Shown: positions 9,459 through 19,041 of the stretch, piece after piece | Numbering within the stretch: position 1 is the stretch's first letter | Layout: each line of letters starts with the position of its first letter | Origin: an uncultured Actinomycetes bacterium | GTDB taxonomy: Bacteria > Actinomycetota > Thermoleophilia > UBA2241 | Length of the DNA: 64,000 nt | Direction: 5' to 3' | Assembly (NCBI GenBank): GCA_963709345.1 | Contig: CAVPVX010000001.1 | Coordinates: forward strand, 128,001 to 192,000 | Program-made: the position numbers and the translations under genes | The notes under the pieces: generated by a model | What the model was told of the DNA's origin: nothing | The model's input: only the letters and a program-made list of their open reading frames with translations | Database searches by the model: none

Positions 9459-10910
9459 TCAGACGAGCGCGAGAAGCGCGGCGCCGGCGAGATCGTCGAG
9501 CTCGTCGTCGCCCACGGCGCGCAGGTCGAAGAGCAGGCGGTCGTCTTGCACGCGGCAGACGACGGCTGGGACGCCGCGGCGCAGCAGCTCGGCGCGCCGC
9601 CCAGCCTCGCCCGCGGGCGCCTCGGCCGCAACGGCGACGCTCGGGACTTCGGTCACGGGCAGCGCGCCCGCCCCGGCCCGGGCGACCGTCTCGACCACGT
9701 CCAGCCGGTCGCCGGGCACGCCGGCACCGATCAGCAGCTCACGCAGCCGGCCGGCGCGGCTGCGCACCTCGTCGAGCGGCGCGGCCAGGGCGCGCAGAGT
9801 GGGGATGGACGCGAGAGCGCGCTCCGGATCGAGATACAGGCGCAGCACGGCATCGAGCGCCGCCAGATCGAGCTTGTCGATGCGCACGGCCCGCGCCAAC
9901 GGGTGGCGGCGCATGGCGTCGATGGCGGCAGCCCGGCCGACGGCGATGCCGGCCTGCGGGCCGCCGAGCAGCTTGTCGCCGCTGAAGGTCACGATGTCGC
10001 AGCCGGCGGCGATGCTGTCCGTCAGGGCCGGCTCTTCGGAGAAGAGCTCGAGGCCGGCGAGCGCGCCGCTCCCAAGGTCGTCGACCAGCACGGCGTCGCG
10101 GTCGTGAGCCAGCGCGCCGAGCTCCTCCAGCGAAGGCTCGGCGGTGAAGCCGACGATCCGGAAGTTGCTGGTGTGCACGCGCAGGATCGCCCGCGTACGC
10201 TCGGTCCAGGCGGCCTCGAAGTCGCTGAGGTAGGTCCGGTTGGTGGTGCCGACCTCGACGAGCTCGGCGCCGCTCTCGCGCAGGATGTCGGGGATACGAA
10301 AGCCGTCTCCGATCTCGACCAGCTGGCCGCGGGCGACGAGGACCTCGCCGCCGCGCGCCGTGGCGGCGAGCGCGAGCAGAACTGCGGCGGCGTTGTTGTT
10401 GACGACCAGCGCATCCTCGCAGCCGCCGACGGTGCACAGCACGTCGTGGACGTGGTCCTGGCGCGAGGCACGGTCGCCGCGTGCCAGACTGTACTCGAGG
10501 TCCGTGTAACCGGAGGCGGCGGTGACGACTGCGTCGACCGCCTCCGGCGGGAGCAGCGCCCGGCCGAGGTTCGTGTGCACGACCACCCCGGTCGCGTTGA
10601 TGACACGGCGCAGCGACGGAGTCACCGCCGTCTCGAGAAGACGCGCGGCCCACGGGACGAGAGCGCCCGGCGTGAGGTCGTCCGCCCCGGTGGCGGCCGG
10701 CTCGCCGGCCGCCCTCGCCGCCAGGATCTCGGCGCGCAACCGGTCGATGACGGCGCGCACCGCGTCCACCACCAGCGCGCGGGGGTAGCGCGCGAGAAGC
10801 TCCTCGGCGGCCGGCTCGCGGAGCACCTCGTCGACGGCCGCCAGCGAACGCAGCCGCTTCTGGCTGTCCTCGCCGACGACTTCCTCCCGGTTGCCCTTCG
10901 CCTTGGTCAC
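9459..10910 (-). CDS. selA: L-seryl-tRNA(Sec) selenium transferase
   Basis: RRVINATGVVVHTNLGRA, VNNNAAAV, EVGTTNRT, FSGDKLLGGPQAG (PLP lysine). Confidence 0.97.
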   Translation of the reverse strand: MTKAKGNREEVVGEDSQKRLRSLAAVDEVLREPAAEELLARYPRALVVDAVRAVIDRLRAEILAARAAGEPAATGADDLTPGALVPWAARLLETAVTPSLRRVINATGVVVHTNLGRALLPPEAVDAVVTAASGYTDLEYSLARGDRASRQDHVHDVLCTVGGCEDALVVNNNAAAVLLALAATARGGEVLVARGQLVEIGDGFRIPDILRESGAELVEVGTTNRTYLSDFEAAWTERTRAILRVHTSNFRIVGFTAEPSLEELGALAHDRDAVLVDDLGSGALAGLELFSEEPALTDSIAAGCDIVTFSGDKLLGGPQAGIAVGRAAAIDAMRRHPLARAVRIDKLDLAALDAVLRLYLDPERALASIPTLRALAAPLDEVRSRAGRLRELLIGAGVPGDRLDVVETVARAGAGALPVTEVPSVAVAAEAPAGEAGRRAELLRRGVPAVVCRVQDDRLLFDLRAVGDDELDDLAGAALLALV

Positions 10911-10919
10911 ACCGACCGC

Positions 10920-11498
10920 CTATCTCCCGCCGCGAGCCGCCCGCGCCTGGCGCAGCCGGACCCCAGCCATGATCATCGCAAACGCTACCACGCCGAACGC
11001 GAACCACCAGTCGAGAGACGTGAGTCCCATCTCTTCCAGCCACTCGTGTCTCGTCCGATCGACCACCACGAGCCCGAGAGCGGCGAGGCCCCAGATGGAC
11101 TGAGTGATCGTCCAGAAGTGTCGCCCGGAGTCCTCTCGGAACCCCCTGACGGTGGCCCACGACGCAAGGGCCGTGACGCCCAGCGGAATGAGGCCGATGA
11201 CCAGCGCGAGCACAAGCTCCCACAGCAGGCGGCCCACCGACAGCCCCTGGGCCGACCGCCAGATCGGCTCTCCCGATCCGATGCCGAGGACGATGATCAG
11301 CACCCAGCTCACGACGGCGATCAGCCCGAGGGCCGCGATCAGCAGGAAGGGGAGCACTGAAAACGCGCGGACGACGACACCGCGTGAGGGGCCGTCGGGA
11401 CCGGCCGCTCTCTCCTCGTCGTCAGGCTCGAGGTCCGACGGATCGACGCGGCCGTCGGCGCCCCAGCGCGGCATCTTGACGGGCGTGCCCGGCGGCAT
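10920..11498 (-). CDS. hypothetical membrane protein (about 4 TM) inside the sel operon
   Basis: ATG 2 nt after the selD stop; four hydrophobic segments; ends 9 nt before selA. Confidence 0.7.
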   Translation of the reverse strand: MPPGTPVKMPRWGADGRVDPSDLEPDDEERAAGPDGPSRGVVVRAFSVLPFLLIAALGLIAVVSWVLIIVLGIGSGEPIWRSAQGLSVGRLLWELVLALVIGLIPLGVTALASWATVRGFREDSGRHFWTITQSIWGLAALGLVVVDRTRHEWLEEMGLTSLDWWFAFGVVAFAMIMAGVRLRQARAARGGR

Positions 11499-11500
11499 CC

Positions 11501-12610
11501 TCAGGCCTCCAGAACAAGTGCGCCGGCCGGACCCGCCAGCACTTCGCCGACCGTCCACGCGCCGGCGCCGGCACGCGCGAGCTCGTCGAGGAGAAGTACG
11601 TGCTTCTCCGGCGCCACGGCCATCAGGAGCCCGCCGGAGGTCTGCGGATCGAAGAGCGCGAGCACTATCGGCTCCTGCTCGGCGATCGGGCCGGCGTAGC
11701 GGCCCGCGGCCGCGCCGGCTTCCACGGCGCCTTCCGGCCGCCCCCCGGCGTCGCCCCCTGCCTCCCGAAGACGCGGCAGGAGGAAGTCGCGATTGTTGCG
11801 CAATCCGCCGGCGTAGACCTGCCGCTCTATCAGCGGCGGAACGCCGTCGTGCAGCGGCACGTCGGCGAGACGAAGCACTGCCGCCGCCCCGCTCGCGTCG
11901 AGCATCTCGCTCAGGTGCCCCGCGAGCCCGAAGCCGCTGATGTCGGTGCACGCGTGCACCCCGACGCGGCCCATGGCGACGGCCGCCGCCGCGTTCAGGG
12001 CGGCCGCCTCCTCGATCGCCGGCATCATCTCCTCTTCCGTCACGAGCCCGTTCTTGAGCGCGCTCGCGAGCACGCCGATGCCGAGATGCTTCGTGAGCAC
12101 CAGCCGGTCGCCCGGCTTTGCCCCGCCGTTGTAGACGATCTCCTCGGGCCTGGCGACGCCGGTGACGGCCAAGCCGTACTTCGGCTCCTTGTCGTCGATC
12201 GAGTGGCCCCCGGCGAGCTCGGCGCCGGCCTCGAGCACCTTCTCCATGCCGCCGCGCAGGATCTCGCCGAGGTGCGCGAAGTCCAGGTCGGCCGGCCAGG
12301 CCACCAGGTTCATGGCCGTCAGCGGCCGCGCGCCCATCGCGTACACGTCGCTCAGCGCGTTCGCCGCCGCGAGCTGCCCAAACCAGTAGGGCGAGTCGAC
12401 GATGGGCGTGAAGAAGTCGACCGTCTGCACCAGGCAGAGGTCGTCGGTGATCGGCACCACCGCGGCGTCGTCGCGCGTCTCCAGAAGACGCGCGAACTCA
12501 CCGGTGGCGGCGGGCATGCTCTCGAGGACGGCCTGCAGGTCGCACGGACCCAGCTTGGCCGCTCAGCCGCTCTTGGCCGCGAACTGCGTGAGTCGGATCT
12601 TGTCGGTCAT
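11501..12610 (-). CDS. selD: selenide, water dikinase (selenophosphate synthetase), selenoprotein with Sec at codon 16
   Basis: Reading through TGA at 12565-12563 gives MTDKIRLTQFAAKSG-U-AAKLGP, matching the SelD G-C/U-x-x-K motif. Also DDAAV, TVDFFTPIVD, ANALSDVYAMG, GGHS and DPQTSGGLL. Confidence 0.95.
12528..12562 (-). promoter_or_regulatory. putative bacterial SECIS hairpin immediately 3' of the selD UGA
   Basis: GCGGCC-AAG-CTG-GGTC-cgtgc-GACC-TG-CAG-GCCGT can fold with an apical GGTC/GACC stem and a G-containing loop. Confidence 0.65.
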
Positions 12611-12616
12611 GCGGCT

Positions 12617-12622
12617 AGCTTA
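12617..12622 (-). promoter_or_regulatory. -10 element (TAAGCT) 6 nt before the selD ATG; probable leaderless transcript
   Basis: cggTAAGCTagccgcATG with no SD sequence. Confidence 0.5.
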
Positions 12623-12720
12623 CCGCAGGCGGTGGCACGCCCGAAGCCGCGGAGGCCGGGCGCGGGCGCGGGCCTGCGGCTCGGTCCACCCGGCGACGCC
12701 GGTGATACGCTAGGGCTGCC

Positions 12721-14466
12721 GTGAGCACACATCGTTCGCGCCGAGACGCGCCATACAGCCTGTATGTCAGCGAGCACGGTCAGGAACTGGACCGCCGGCG
12801 CCAGCGTCGCCGGACGAGCATCCTGCTGACGCTCCTCGCGGTCACCATCGCCGCCGGCGTCTTCGTCGGTGGCGGCTGGGCGCAGCGGGTCTGGGAGCGG
12901 TACGCGAGCCCGGCCACGGCGAGTACGCCGGCCGCCACCACCGCACTCCCGCCGACGGCGGACAACGTCCTGATCATCACCGCGACACGCGCCGTCGCCG
13001 TCGACCCGCCGCCGCCGATCGAGGCCAAGGGCGACGGCGTCAAGGTGAGCAGCTTCCTCGGCGACGAGACACGGCGGCTGTACGGCCTGGGGCCGCCGCC
13101 CAAGCGCCTCGAGCTCATCTGGAAGACGACCATCGGCAGCGGCATGACCTCACCGGTGGGCAAGGGCAAGAACAAGCCGTGGACGGGTACCGGCTGGACG
13201 GGCCAGCCCGTCATCGTCCGCGACAAGGGTACGCTCTATTTGCTCTTGGGCGGGTTCGACCGCAATCTCCACAAGATCGACCTCAAGACGGGTGAGGTCG
13301 TCTGGGAGTACGCCTTCGACGACATCATCAAGAGCACGCCGACGGTCATCGAGGACCCGAAGCCCGAGAACCGGGACGATCGCTACCTCGTCCTCGCCGG
13401 CTCGCGGCGCGGCTGGCCGTCAAGCTACACCGACCCGAGCCTGGCGCCGTACCGGGCGGTGTCGTTCGGCACGGGCGAGGAGGTCTGGCGCCTGCCCGTC
13501 CCGCTCACGGCCAGCTACAGCCGCGACGTCGACGGCAGCGGCTTCCTCTACGACGGCCGCATGTACTCGGGCGTCGAGAGCGGCTGGTTCTACAAGTTCA
13601 ATCCCTTCAAGACCCGGAGCTGGAACGGGCACCGCACCCCGCAGATCATCGCCAGACGGCTCTTGCTCGGCGACCCGGGCGACGCCGGCGCCCACGGCGG
13701 CAACCTCGTGCTCGAAGCGTCGCCCTCGCTGCTGGACGACGTCGTCTACATCAGCTCCAGCTCGGGTCACGTGTACGGCATGCGCCGCAGCGACCTCAAG
13801 GTCGTGTGGGACTACCGCACCGGCTCCGACCTCGACGGCACACCGGTCCCCACGAGCGCCGGCAAGCTGCTGGTGGCGATCGAGAAGCAGTACATCTCGG
13901 GGCACGGCGGCGTGATGATGCTCGACCCGAAGAAGGCGCCCTCCAAGGCGCCGGTCTGGTTCTTCCCCACGGGCGACCGCAAGCTGGCCGACTGGGAGGG
14001 CGGCGTGATCGGGTCGGTGGCCGTCAACGACGCCTACGACCCGTGGGGCCGCCGCCCCCGCCTGGCCGCCTTCAGCGCCATCGACGGCAACCTCTACGTC
14101 GTGTCGCAGAGCCGCACGTCGGGCAGCTCGCCCGGGCCCAACGGCGAGGGCCCGTTCCCCATCCCGAAGCTCGTCGCGAAGTTCCCCATCGGCGGCGCGA
14201 TCTCGACCCCCATCATGGTCGACGACTGCATCGTGGCGGCCGGCTACGACAACAAGGTGCACCTCTACGAGATCCGGTACAAGGAGTCGAAGAAGGGCGC
14301 CGCCGGAGCGCTCAGGAGCCCGGGCGGCGACTGGTTCAAGGTCACCGTCAAGGAAACGGACGCCTTCGCCGGCGGCGGCGCCTTCGAGAGCACGCCGGTG
14401 ATGTGGAAGGGGCGCGTCTTCATCGGCTCGCGCGACGGCTCGCTCTACTGCATCGGGGAGAAGTAG
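12721..14466 (+). CDS. membrane-anchored PQQ-like beta-propeller protein
   Basis: N-terminal TM; repeated blade motifs (DLKTGEVVWEY, STP, VYISSSSGHVY, FESTPVMWKGRVFIGSRDGSLYC). Confidence 0.75.
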   Translation: MSTHRSRRDAPYSLYVSEHGQELDRRRQRRRTSILLTLLAVTIAAGVFVGGGWAQRVWERYASPATASTPAATTALPPTADNVLIITATRAVAVDPPPPIEAKGDGVKVSSFLGDETRRLYGLGPPPKRLELIWKTTIGSGMTSPVGKGKNKPWTGTGWTGQPVIVRDKGTLYLLLGGFDRNLHKIDLKTGEVVWEYAFDDIIKSTPTVIEDPKPENRDDRYLVLAGSRRGWPSSYTDPSLAPYRAVSFGTGEEVWRLPVPLTASYSRDVDGSGFLYDGRMYSGVESGWFYKFNPFKTRSWNGHRTPQIIARRLLLGDPGDAGAHGGNLVLEASPSLLDDVVYISSSSGHVYGMRRSDLKVVWDYRTGSDLDGTPVPTSAGKLLVAIEKQYISGHGGVMMLDPKKAPSKAPVWFFPTGDRKLADWEGGVIGSVAVNDAYDPWGRRPRLAAFSAIDGNLYVVSQSRTSGSSPGPNGEGPFPIPKLVAKFPIGGAISTPIMVDDCIVAAGYDNKVHLYEIRYKESKKGAAGALRSPGGDWFKVTVKETDAFAGGGAFESTPVMWKGRVFIGSRDGSLYCIGEK

Positions 14467-14664
14467 CCGGCAGCCCCGCGGGCCGCTGCGGTGATTCGCG
14501 GGTAGTCCGGTCGTCCGCGCTCCACGGTCGACCGTTCCCGTCGGGGCGGATCGTCGCGGGTCGCGATTCAGGTTCCTCCCGGGCGGGGATGTCATTGGCG
14601 TCGTTGAACGTCGCGTTTCGAAGCGACGCCGGAGAACGACGCATCCGTCAAGGAGGTTCCCGTC

Positions 14665-15108
14665 ATGGCCGACGCACCACGCCGCGCAGACGCCGTCTGG
14701 ACCGGCTCGCTTGCCCAAGGGTCTGGACAAGTATCCTTCACGACGAGCGGGGCCGCCGGGCCGCTGCCCGTCACCTGGTCCTCACGGACCGAACGCGCGA
14801 ACGGCAAGACGAGCCCCGAGGAGCTCGTCGCCGCTGCCCACGCCAGCTGCTACTGCATGGCGCTCTCGCACATCCTCGGCGAAGCGGGCACGCCGCCCGA
14901 GAGGCTCGAGACCAGCGTCACGGTGACGTTCAAGGAGATCGAGGGTGGCTGGAAGACCGGCTCCTCGCACATCACGGTGAAGGGCACGGTGCCCGGCATC
15001 GACGAAGCGGGCTTCAAGGCGGCCGCCGAGGCGGCCAAAGACGGCTGCCCCATCAGCGGCGCGCTCAAGGGCAACGTGGAGCTGAGTGTGGAGGCGAGCC
15101 TGGCTTGA
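14665..15108 (+). CDS. osmC: OsmC family peroxiredoxin
   Basis: SPEELVAAAHASCYCMAL and GCPISGAL motifs; AAGGAGG RBS. Confidence 0.92.
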   Translation: MADAPRRADAVWTGSLAQGSGQVSFTTSGAAGPLPVTWSSRTERANGKTSPEELVAAAHASCYCMALSHILGEAGTPPERLETSVTVTFKEIEGGWKTGSSHITVKGTVPGIDEAGFKAAAEAAKDGCPISGALKGNVELSVEASLA

Positions 15109-15156
15109 GCCGGCGGCGGACGACGCGCGGGGTGCTCCATGACCGAGAGCCCGGGC

Positions 15157-15900
15157 CTACGCGTTCACGATCACCGGCAGCTTGCCCTGCCAGGCGGCCC
15201 ATGCCTCGGCGTCCGCCGCCAGCTCGCACATGAAGTGCGCGACGTTGGCCATGTTCGTCTCGCCGGGGCGGAACAGGCCGTCCACGAGGCCCTCGTGCAG
15301 CGTGTAGTCGGTGACGTCGCCGTCCTTCAGCGTGTCGGGACGGACGACCACCCAGCGCACGTACTGATGGGCGGTCCCGACGTCGCTCTGGAGGAAGTCC
15401 GCGGCGCGCTGGTTGTCCCTCGCAGGAGGGACCAGGCCGCGCAGCATCCATAGGGCCGCCTTCTCGAACCACCCGCGACGTGTGTCCATGCCGCCGGGGC
15501 GATTGACGGAGACGCTGCTCATCAGGATGAGCCTCACGGGCTGCGCAGGCCGCACCGTCTCGATCACCCCGCACACCCTCTCGATGGCGCGGGTGACGAG
15601 GTCGCGCGGTGGCCCGAGGATCCCACGCGCGCTGATGGTGTGGCCCAGGCAGGAGATCACGACGTCGCAGCCGTCCACCTGCGCTTTGACCTGTTCGGCG
15701 CTCAGGGAGAGCAGGTCCGCCTCGACGACCGTCAACAGCGGGTCATCTGCGACGCCGGCCGGGAGCCGCGCGGCCGACCGGACCAGGGCGCGCACGTGGA
15801 CGCCGCGGCCCAGAAGCTGCTGCAGAGCGCGGCCGCCGGTGCGCCCGGTGCCGCCGAGGAGCAGTACCGTCGGCTCGGCGTGAGTTGCAGAAAGGTCCAT
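15157..15900 (-). CDS. NAD(P)H-binding oxidoreductase (atypical SDR / flavin reductase-like)
   Basis: LLGGTGRTG, DVVISCLG, WVVVRPDTL. Confidence 0.8.
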   Translation of the reverse strand: MDLSATHAEPTVLLLGGTGRTGGRALQQLLGRGVHVRALVRSAARLPAGVADDPLLTVVEADLLSLSAEQVKAQVDGCDVVISCLGHTISARGILGPPRDLVTRAIERVCGVIETVRPAQPVRLILMSSVSVNRPGGMDTRRGWFEKAALWMLRGLVPPARDNQRAADFLQSDVGTAHQYVRWVVVRPDTLKDGDVTDYTLHEGLVDGLFRPGETNMANVAHFMCELAADAEAWAAWQGKLPVIVNA

Positions 15901-16121
15901 CACTTCTCCTTCGGATACTGGAACACGTCGTCGAGCGGGACACCGAACGCCCGCGCGATCTGAAAGGCCATTTCGAGTGAGGGCGAGTAACGGCCCTGTT
16001 CGATGGCGATCACCGTCTGCCGCGTGACGCCCACCTTGTCGGCGAGCTCGGCCTGCGTCATCTCGCCGGCGGCGAAGCGGAGCGCCCGGATGCGATTGGT
16101 CACCCTGGTCGGCTTGCCCAT
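15900..16121 (-). CDS. XRE-family HTH transcriptional regulator
   Basis: NRIRALR..MTQAELADKVGVTRQTVIAIEQGRYSPSLEMAFQIARAF. Confidence 0.92.
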   Translation of the reverse strand: MGKPTRVTNRIRALRFAAGEMTQAELADKVGVTRQTVIAIEQGRYSPSLEMAFQIARAFGVPLDDVFQYPKEK

Positions 16122-16123
16122 CG

Positions 16124-16576
16124 TCAGAAGCCCCTGTGGTAGGAGACGATCTTGACGACAGATCCGACCAGCGTGCCGACGACGAACGAGAGGTAGAGCG
16201 CGCTGGCTATCCAGAAGTACTCGTACTCCAGCATCGTGAGGGCGAGCACGCCGACCATGCCGACGGAGGAGACGGAGAAGCCGATCAGATCGCCGTGGCG
16301 GCTGATCTGCTTGTCCCGCTCGTCCTTGCGGTCGATCTCGCCGGAGGCGGACCTGCCGCGCAGCTCGGCCGAGATGCCGCTGCCGATCCCCGTGAGGACC
16401 GATCCGACGATCGTCAGCACGATGGACGCCCCGATGGCGATGAGGAGCGGCCACTGGTAAGAGATGTCGGCTGCCGACGTGTCACTAAGCCGGCCCAGCA
16501 TGATCGCGAAGTACACCACGGGGACGATCACCGTGACCACCGCGTTGACCCACGAGATCTTCTCTTCGAACGGCAT
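16124..16576 (-). CDS. hypothetical membrane protein, cotranscribed with the XRE regulator
   Basis: Four TM segments, DERD motif, AAGGAGG RBS. Confidence 0.8.
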   Translation of the reverse strand: MPFEEKISWVNAVVTVIVPVVYFAIMLGRLSDTSAADISYQWPLLIAIGASIVLTIVGSVLTGIGSGISAELRGRSASGEIDRKDERDKQISRHGDLIGFSVSSVGMVGVLALTMLEYEYFWIASALYLSFVVGTLVGSVVKIVSYHRGF

Positions 16577-16626
16577 GACGATCGCCTCCTTGCAGCGAGC
16601 CGCCGCACACTGCGAGCTGCTCATGA

Positions 16627-16691
16627 TGTCAGGAATGTTTGACATCTCGTACTGTAAAGGACAGCAGACATGCTGTCAAGCTTTCTTTACT
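16627..16691 (-). promoter_or_regulatory. sigma70-type promoter (TTGACA-N17-TACAGT) overlapped by three palindromic operators
   Basis: -35 at 16679-16674 and -10 at 16656-16651. Plus-strand operators TGTCA-N8-TGACA (16627-16644), TGTAA-N8-AGACA (16653-16670) and TGTCA-N8-TTACT (16674-16691). Confidence 0.7.
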
Positions 16692-16784
16692 TCTTGCGGT
16701 ACGGCCCGGGCCGCGAAAGCATGGGGCGGAGGGTGGAGACGCGGCCGGCGGGCGAAGCCGGCCCGGCCTCAGCGCGCCGGCGCG

Positions 16785-17507
16785 TCAGAGGCCGAGCGCC
16801 GCCGGCAGCTCGGCCAGCGAGGCGATGCGCGGTACGGGCGCGCCGGCGGCGCGCCCCGCACGGTCGAGCAGGATGGCGCCGCAGCCGCAGGCCGCTGCGC
16901 CCTTGACGTCGTCCTCGACGCTGTCCCCGACCATGACCACAGCGCCGGGCGCGACGCGGAGCAGCCCGAGCAGCGCGGAGAACATGCGTGGCGCGGGCTT
17001 CACGGCGCCGGTCTCGGCGCTGGACACGGCGGCGTCAATGTACTCATCGAGAGCGAAATGCGCCACGGCCTCCTCGAGGCTGTGGCCGAGCGCGTTGGAC
17101 AGCAGCGCCATGCGCACACCGGCTGCGCGGAGCGCGTCCAGACAGGGCAGCACGTCGTCGTACAGGCCGAAGTTCTCCGCCCGCGACCAGGCATCGACGA
17201 TCGCGGCGGCGGTCCGATCGACGGCATCCGCCGACCCGCCTCCGAGACCCTCGATGATCGCGTGCGCGATGACCGGCAGCAGGTCGTCGTCGTGGACCAG
17301 CCCTGTGCACTCGCGCCGCGCGGCCGCAGCCTTGTACGCGGCGCGCTCCGCCTGCGGCCAGCGCAACGCGTCGAGCGCGAGCCCGAACCGGGCGCCGGTG
17401 CGCACGTAGCCCGGCGCCTCGAACTGATCGCTCGGGCGCAGCAGCGTGTAGTCGAGGTCGAAGATCACGACTTCGGGGGTCGGCAGAGGCAGCGTCGAGT
17501 CGTTCAC
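16785..17507 (-). CDS. HAD family hydrolase
   Basis: IFDLDYTLL, LLSN, KPAPRMF, MVGDSVEDDVKGA. Confidence 0.88.
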   Translation of the reverse strand: MNDSTLPLPTPEVVIFDLDYTLLRPSDQFEAPGYVRTGARFGLALDALRWPQAERAAYKAAAARRECTGLVHDDDLLPVIAHAIIEGLGGGSADAVDRTAAAIVDAWSRAENFGLYDDVLPCLDALRAAGVRMALLSNALGHSLEEAVAHFALDEYIDAAVSSAETGAVKPAPRMFSALLGLLRVAPGAVVMVGDSVEDDVKGAAACGCGAILLDRAGRAAGAPVPRIASLAELPAALGL

Positions 17508-17549
17508 AGGAGTCCCTCGGTCGGGGGTCGCCAAGCACACGCCCGTCCA

Positions 17550-17865
17550 TTCTACGCCGCCGGCGCCGGGAGACGCCGCCGGCACGGGGTGGTCCTTGAA
17601 GAGCCTGACGGCGGCCGGCACGATGACGAGGCCCATCGTGAACGAGCCGATGAGCGCCGCCTGCTCGATGCCCGGATCCAGCCGGCTCGTCTCGAGAAGG
17701 GAGCCGAGGAGCGCGCAGTGCAGGTAGCCGTGGGATCGCCGTGGCGGCGAGCTGGAAGAAGAGCACGATGCCGAGCATCGCGAGGTCGCCGCGCGTCGAC
17801 GCCTTCAGCGCGTTCGAGAAGGATCGCTGCCGTCCAGGCTCCGCACCCGTCGTCCGGGCAGTCAC
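17550..17865 (-). pseudogene. internally deleted or frameshifted membrane-protein remnant
   Basis: RBS plus GTG at 17865; hydrophobic segments continue in two different frames across about 17730. Confidence 0.35.
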
Positions 17866-17989
17866 GGCGGTCTCCCTCTCCGGACCCTTCAGTCCGGGGC
17901 GCGCGGCAGACACCCACAGGAACCCCTCATCGGATGGCCGCTTCCTCGCCTCGGCCCACACCACCGGAGGGCTGAGCGGCGTGATCCGC

Positions 17990-19036
17990 TCAAGCGGGGC
18001 GCGGCACCGTCGCCGGCGGGCGCAGCAGCTCACCGGCCCGGTAGGACGAGCGCACGAACGGCGCCGCCACGACGGTGAGGCCGAGAGCGGCGCCGCGGCG
18101 CTCGTGGTCGTGGAACTCCGCGGGCGCGACATAGCGCGCGACCGGCAGGCAGCCGGCGTGTGGCTGCAGGTATTGGCCGATGGTGACCGCGTCGACGCCG
18201 GCGGCGGCCGCGTCGGCAAGGACCGCCGCCACTTCGTCCGTGGTCTCACCGAGGCCGAGCATCAGGCCGGTCTTGACGAGCGGCCGGGGCCGTGCCCACA
18301 CGGAAACGCGCGCCAGCAGCTCGAGCGAGCGCTCGTACTTCGCCTGTGGCCGTGCAGCCGGGTAGAGACGAGGGACCGTCTCGAGATTGTGGTCGAGCAC
18401 ATCGGGGTGGGCGGCGAGTACGGCGCGGAGCGCCGCTGGGTCGCCGCCCAGATCGGGGATCAGCACCTCGACGGTCGCGTGCGGCAGCTCGTCACGCACG
18501 GCCGCGACGGTCCGCGCGAAGTGCGCGGCGCCCCCGTCGGGCAGATCATCGCGCGTCACGCTCGTGATCACGACGTGGCGCAGACCGAGCCTGAGCGCCG
18601 CCTCTGCCACGCGCCGCGGTTCGTCCGTGTCGACGGCGCGTACCGCGGAGGCGGATCCCGCATCCGAGCCGGCGGCCAGGCGGCCGCGGTCACCGGCCGC
18701 CATGGGCCGCTTCTCGGCGCCGGCGAGCCCAGCTCCCTCGACGGCACAGAACCTGCAGCCGCGCGTGCAGACGTCGCCCAGGACGAGAAAGGTCGCCGTC
18801 CCCGACGAGAAGCACTCCGCCTTGTTGGGGCAACGGGCCTCGTCGCAGACGGTGTGGAGCTCGAGCTCGTCGAGGAGCGCGCCGGTGGTCCGGTACTGCC
18901 CCGGCCGTATGGGCGCCTGCCTGAGCCACGCCGGCTTTCGGCCGGGGGCGGGGCCGGCGTCAGAGCCGGAGCCCGCCTCAGAGCCGGGGCCGGTCGCTCG
19001 GCCCTGCCGGCCCCCCGGATGCGGATCGCCCGCCAT
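17990..19036 (-). CDS. lipA: lipoyl synthase
   Basis: CDEARCPNKAEC (CX4CX5C), CTRGCRFC radical SAM motif, HNLETV, RSSY. Confidence 0.95.
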   Translation of the reverse strand: MAGDPHPGGRQGRATGPGSEAGSGSDAGPAPGRKPAWLRQAPIRPGQYRTTGALLDELELHTVCDEARCPNKAECFSSGTATFLVLGDVCTRGCRFCAVEGAGLAGAEKRPMAAGDRGRLAAGSDAGSASAVRAVDTDEPRRVAEAALRLGLRHVVITSVTRDDLPDGGAAHFARTVAAVRDELPHATVEVLIPDLGGDPAALRAVLAAHPDVLDHNLETVPRLYPAARPQAKYERSLELLARVSVWARPRPLVKTGLMLGLGETTDEVAAVLADAAAAGVDAVTIGQYLQPHAGCLPVARYVAPAEFHDHERRGAALGLTVVAAPFVRSSYRAGELLRPPATVPRPA

Positions 19037-19041
19037 GACCT

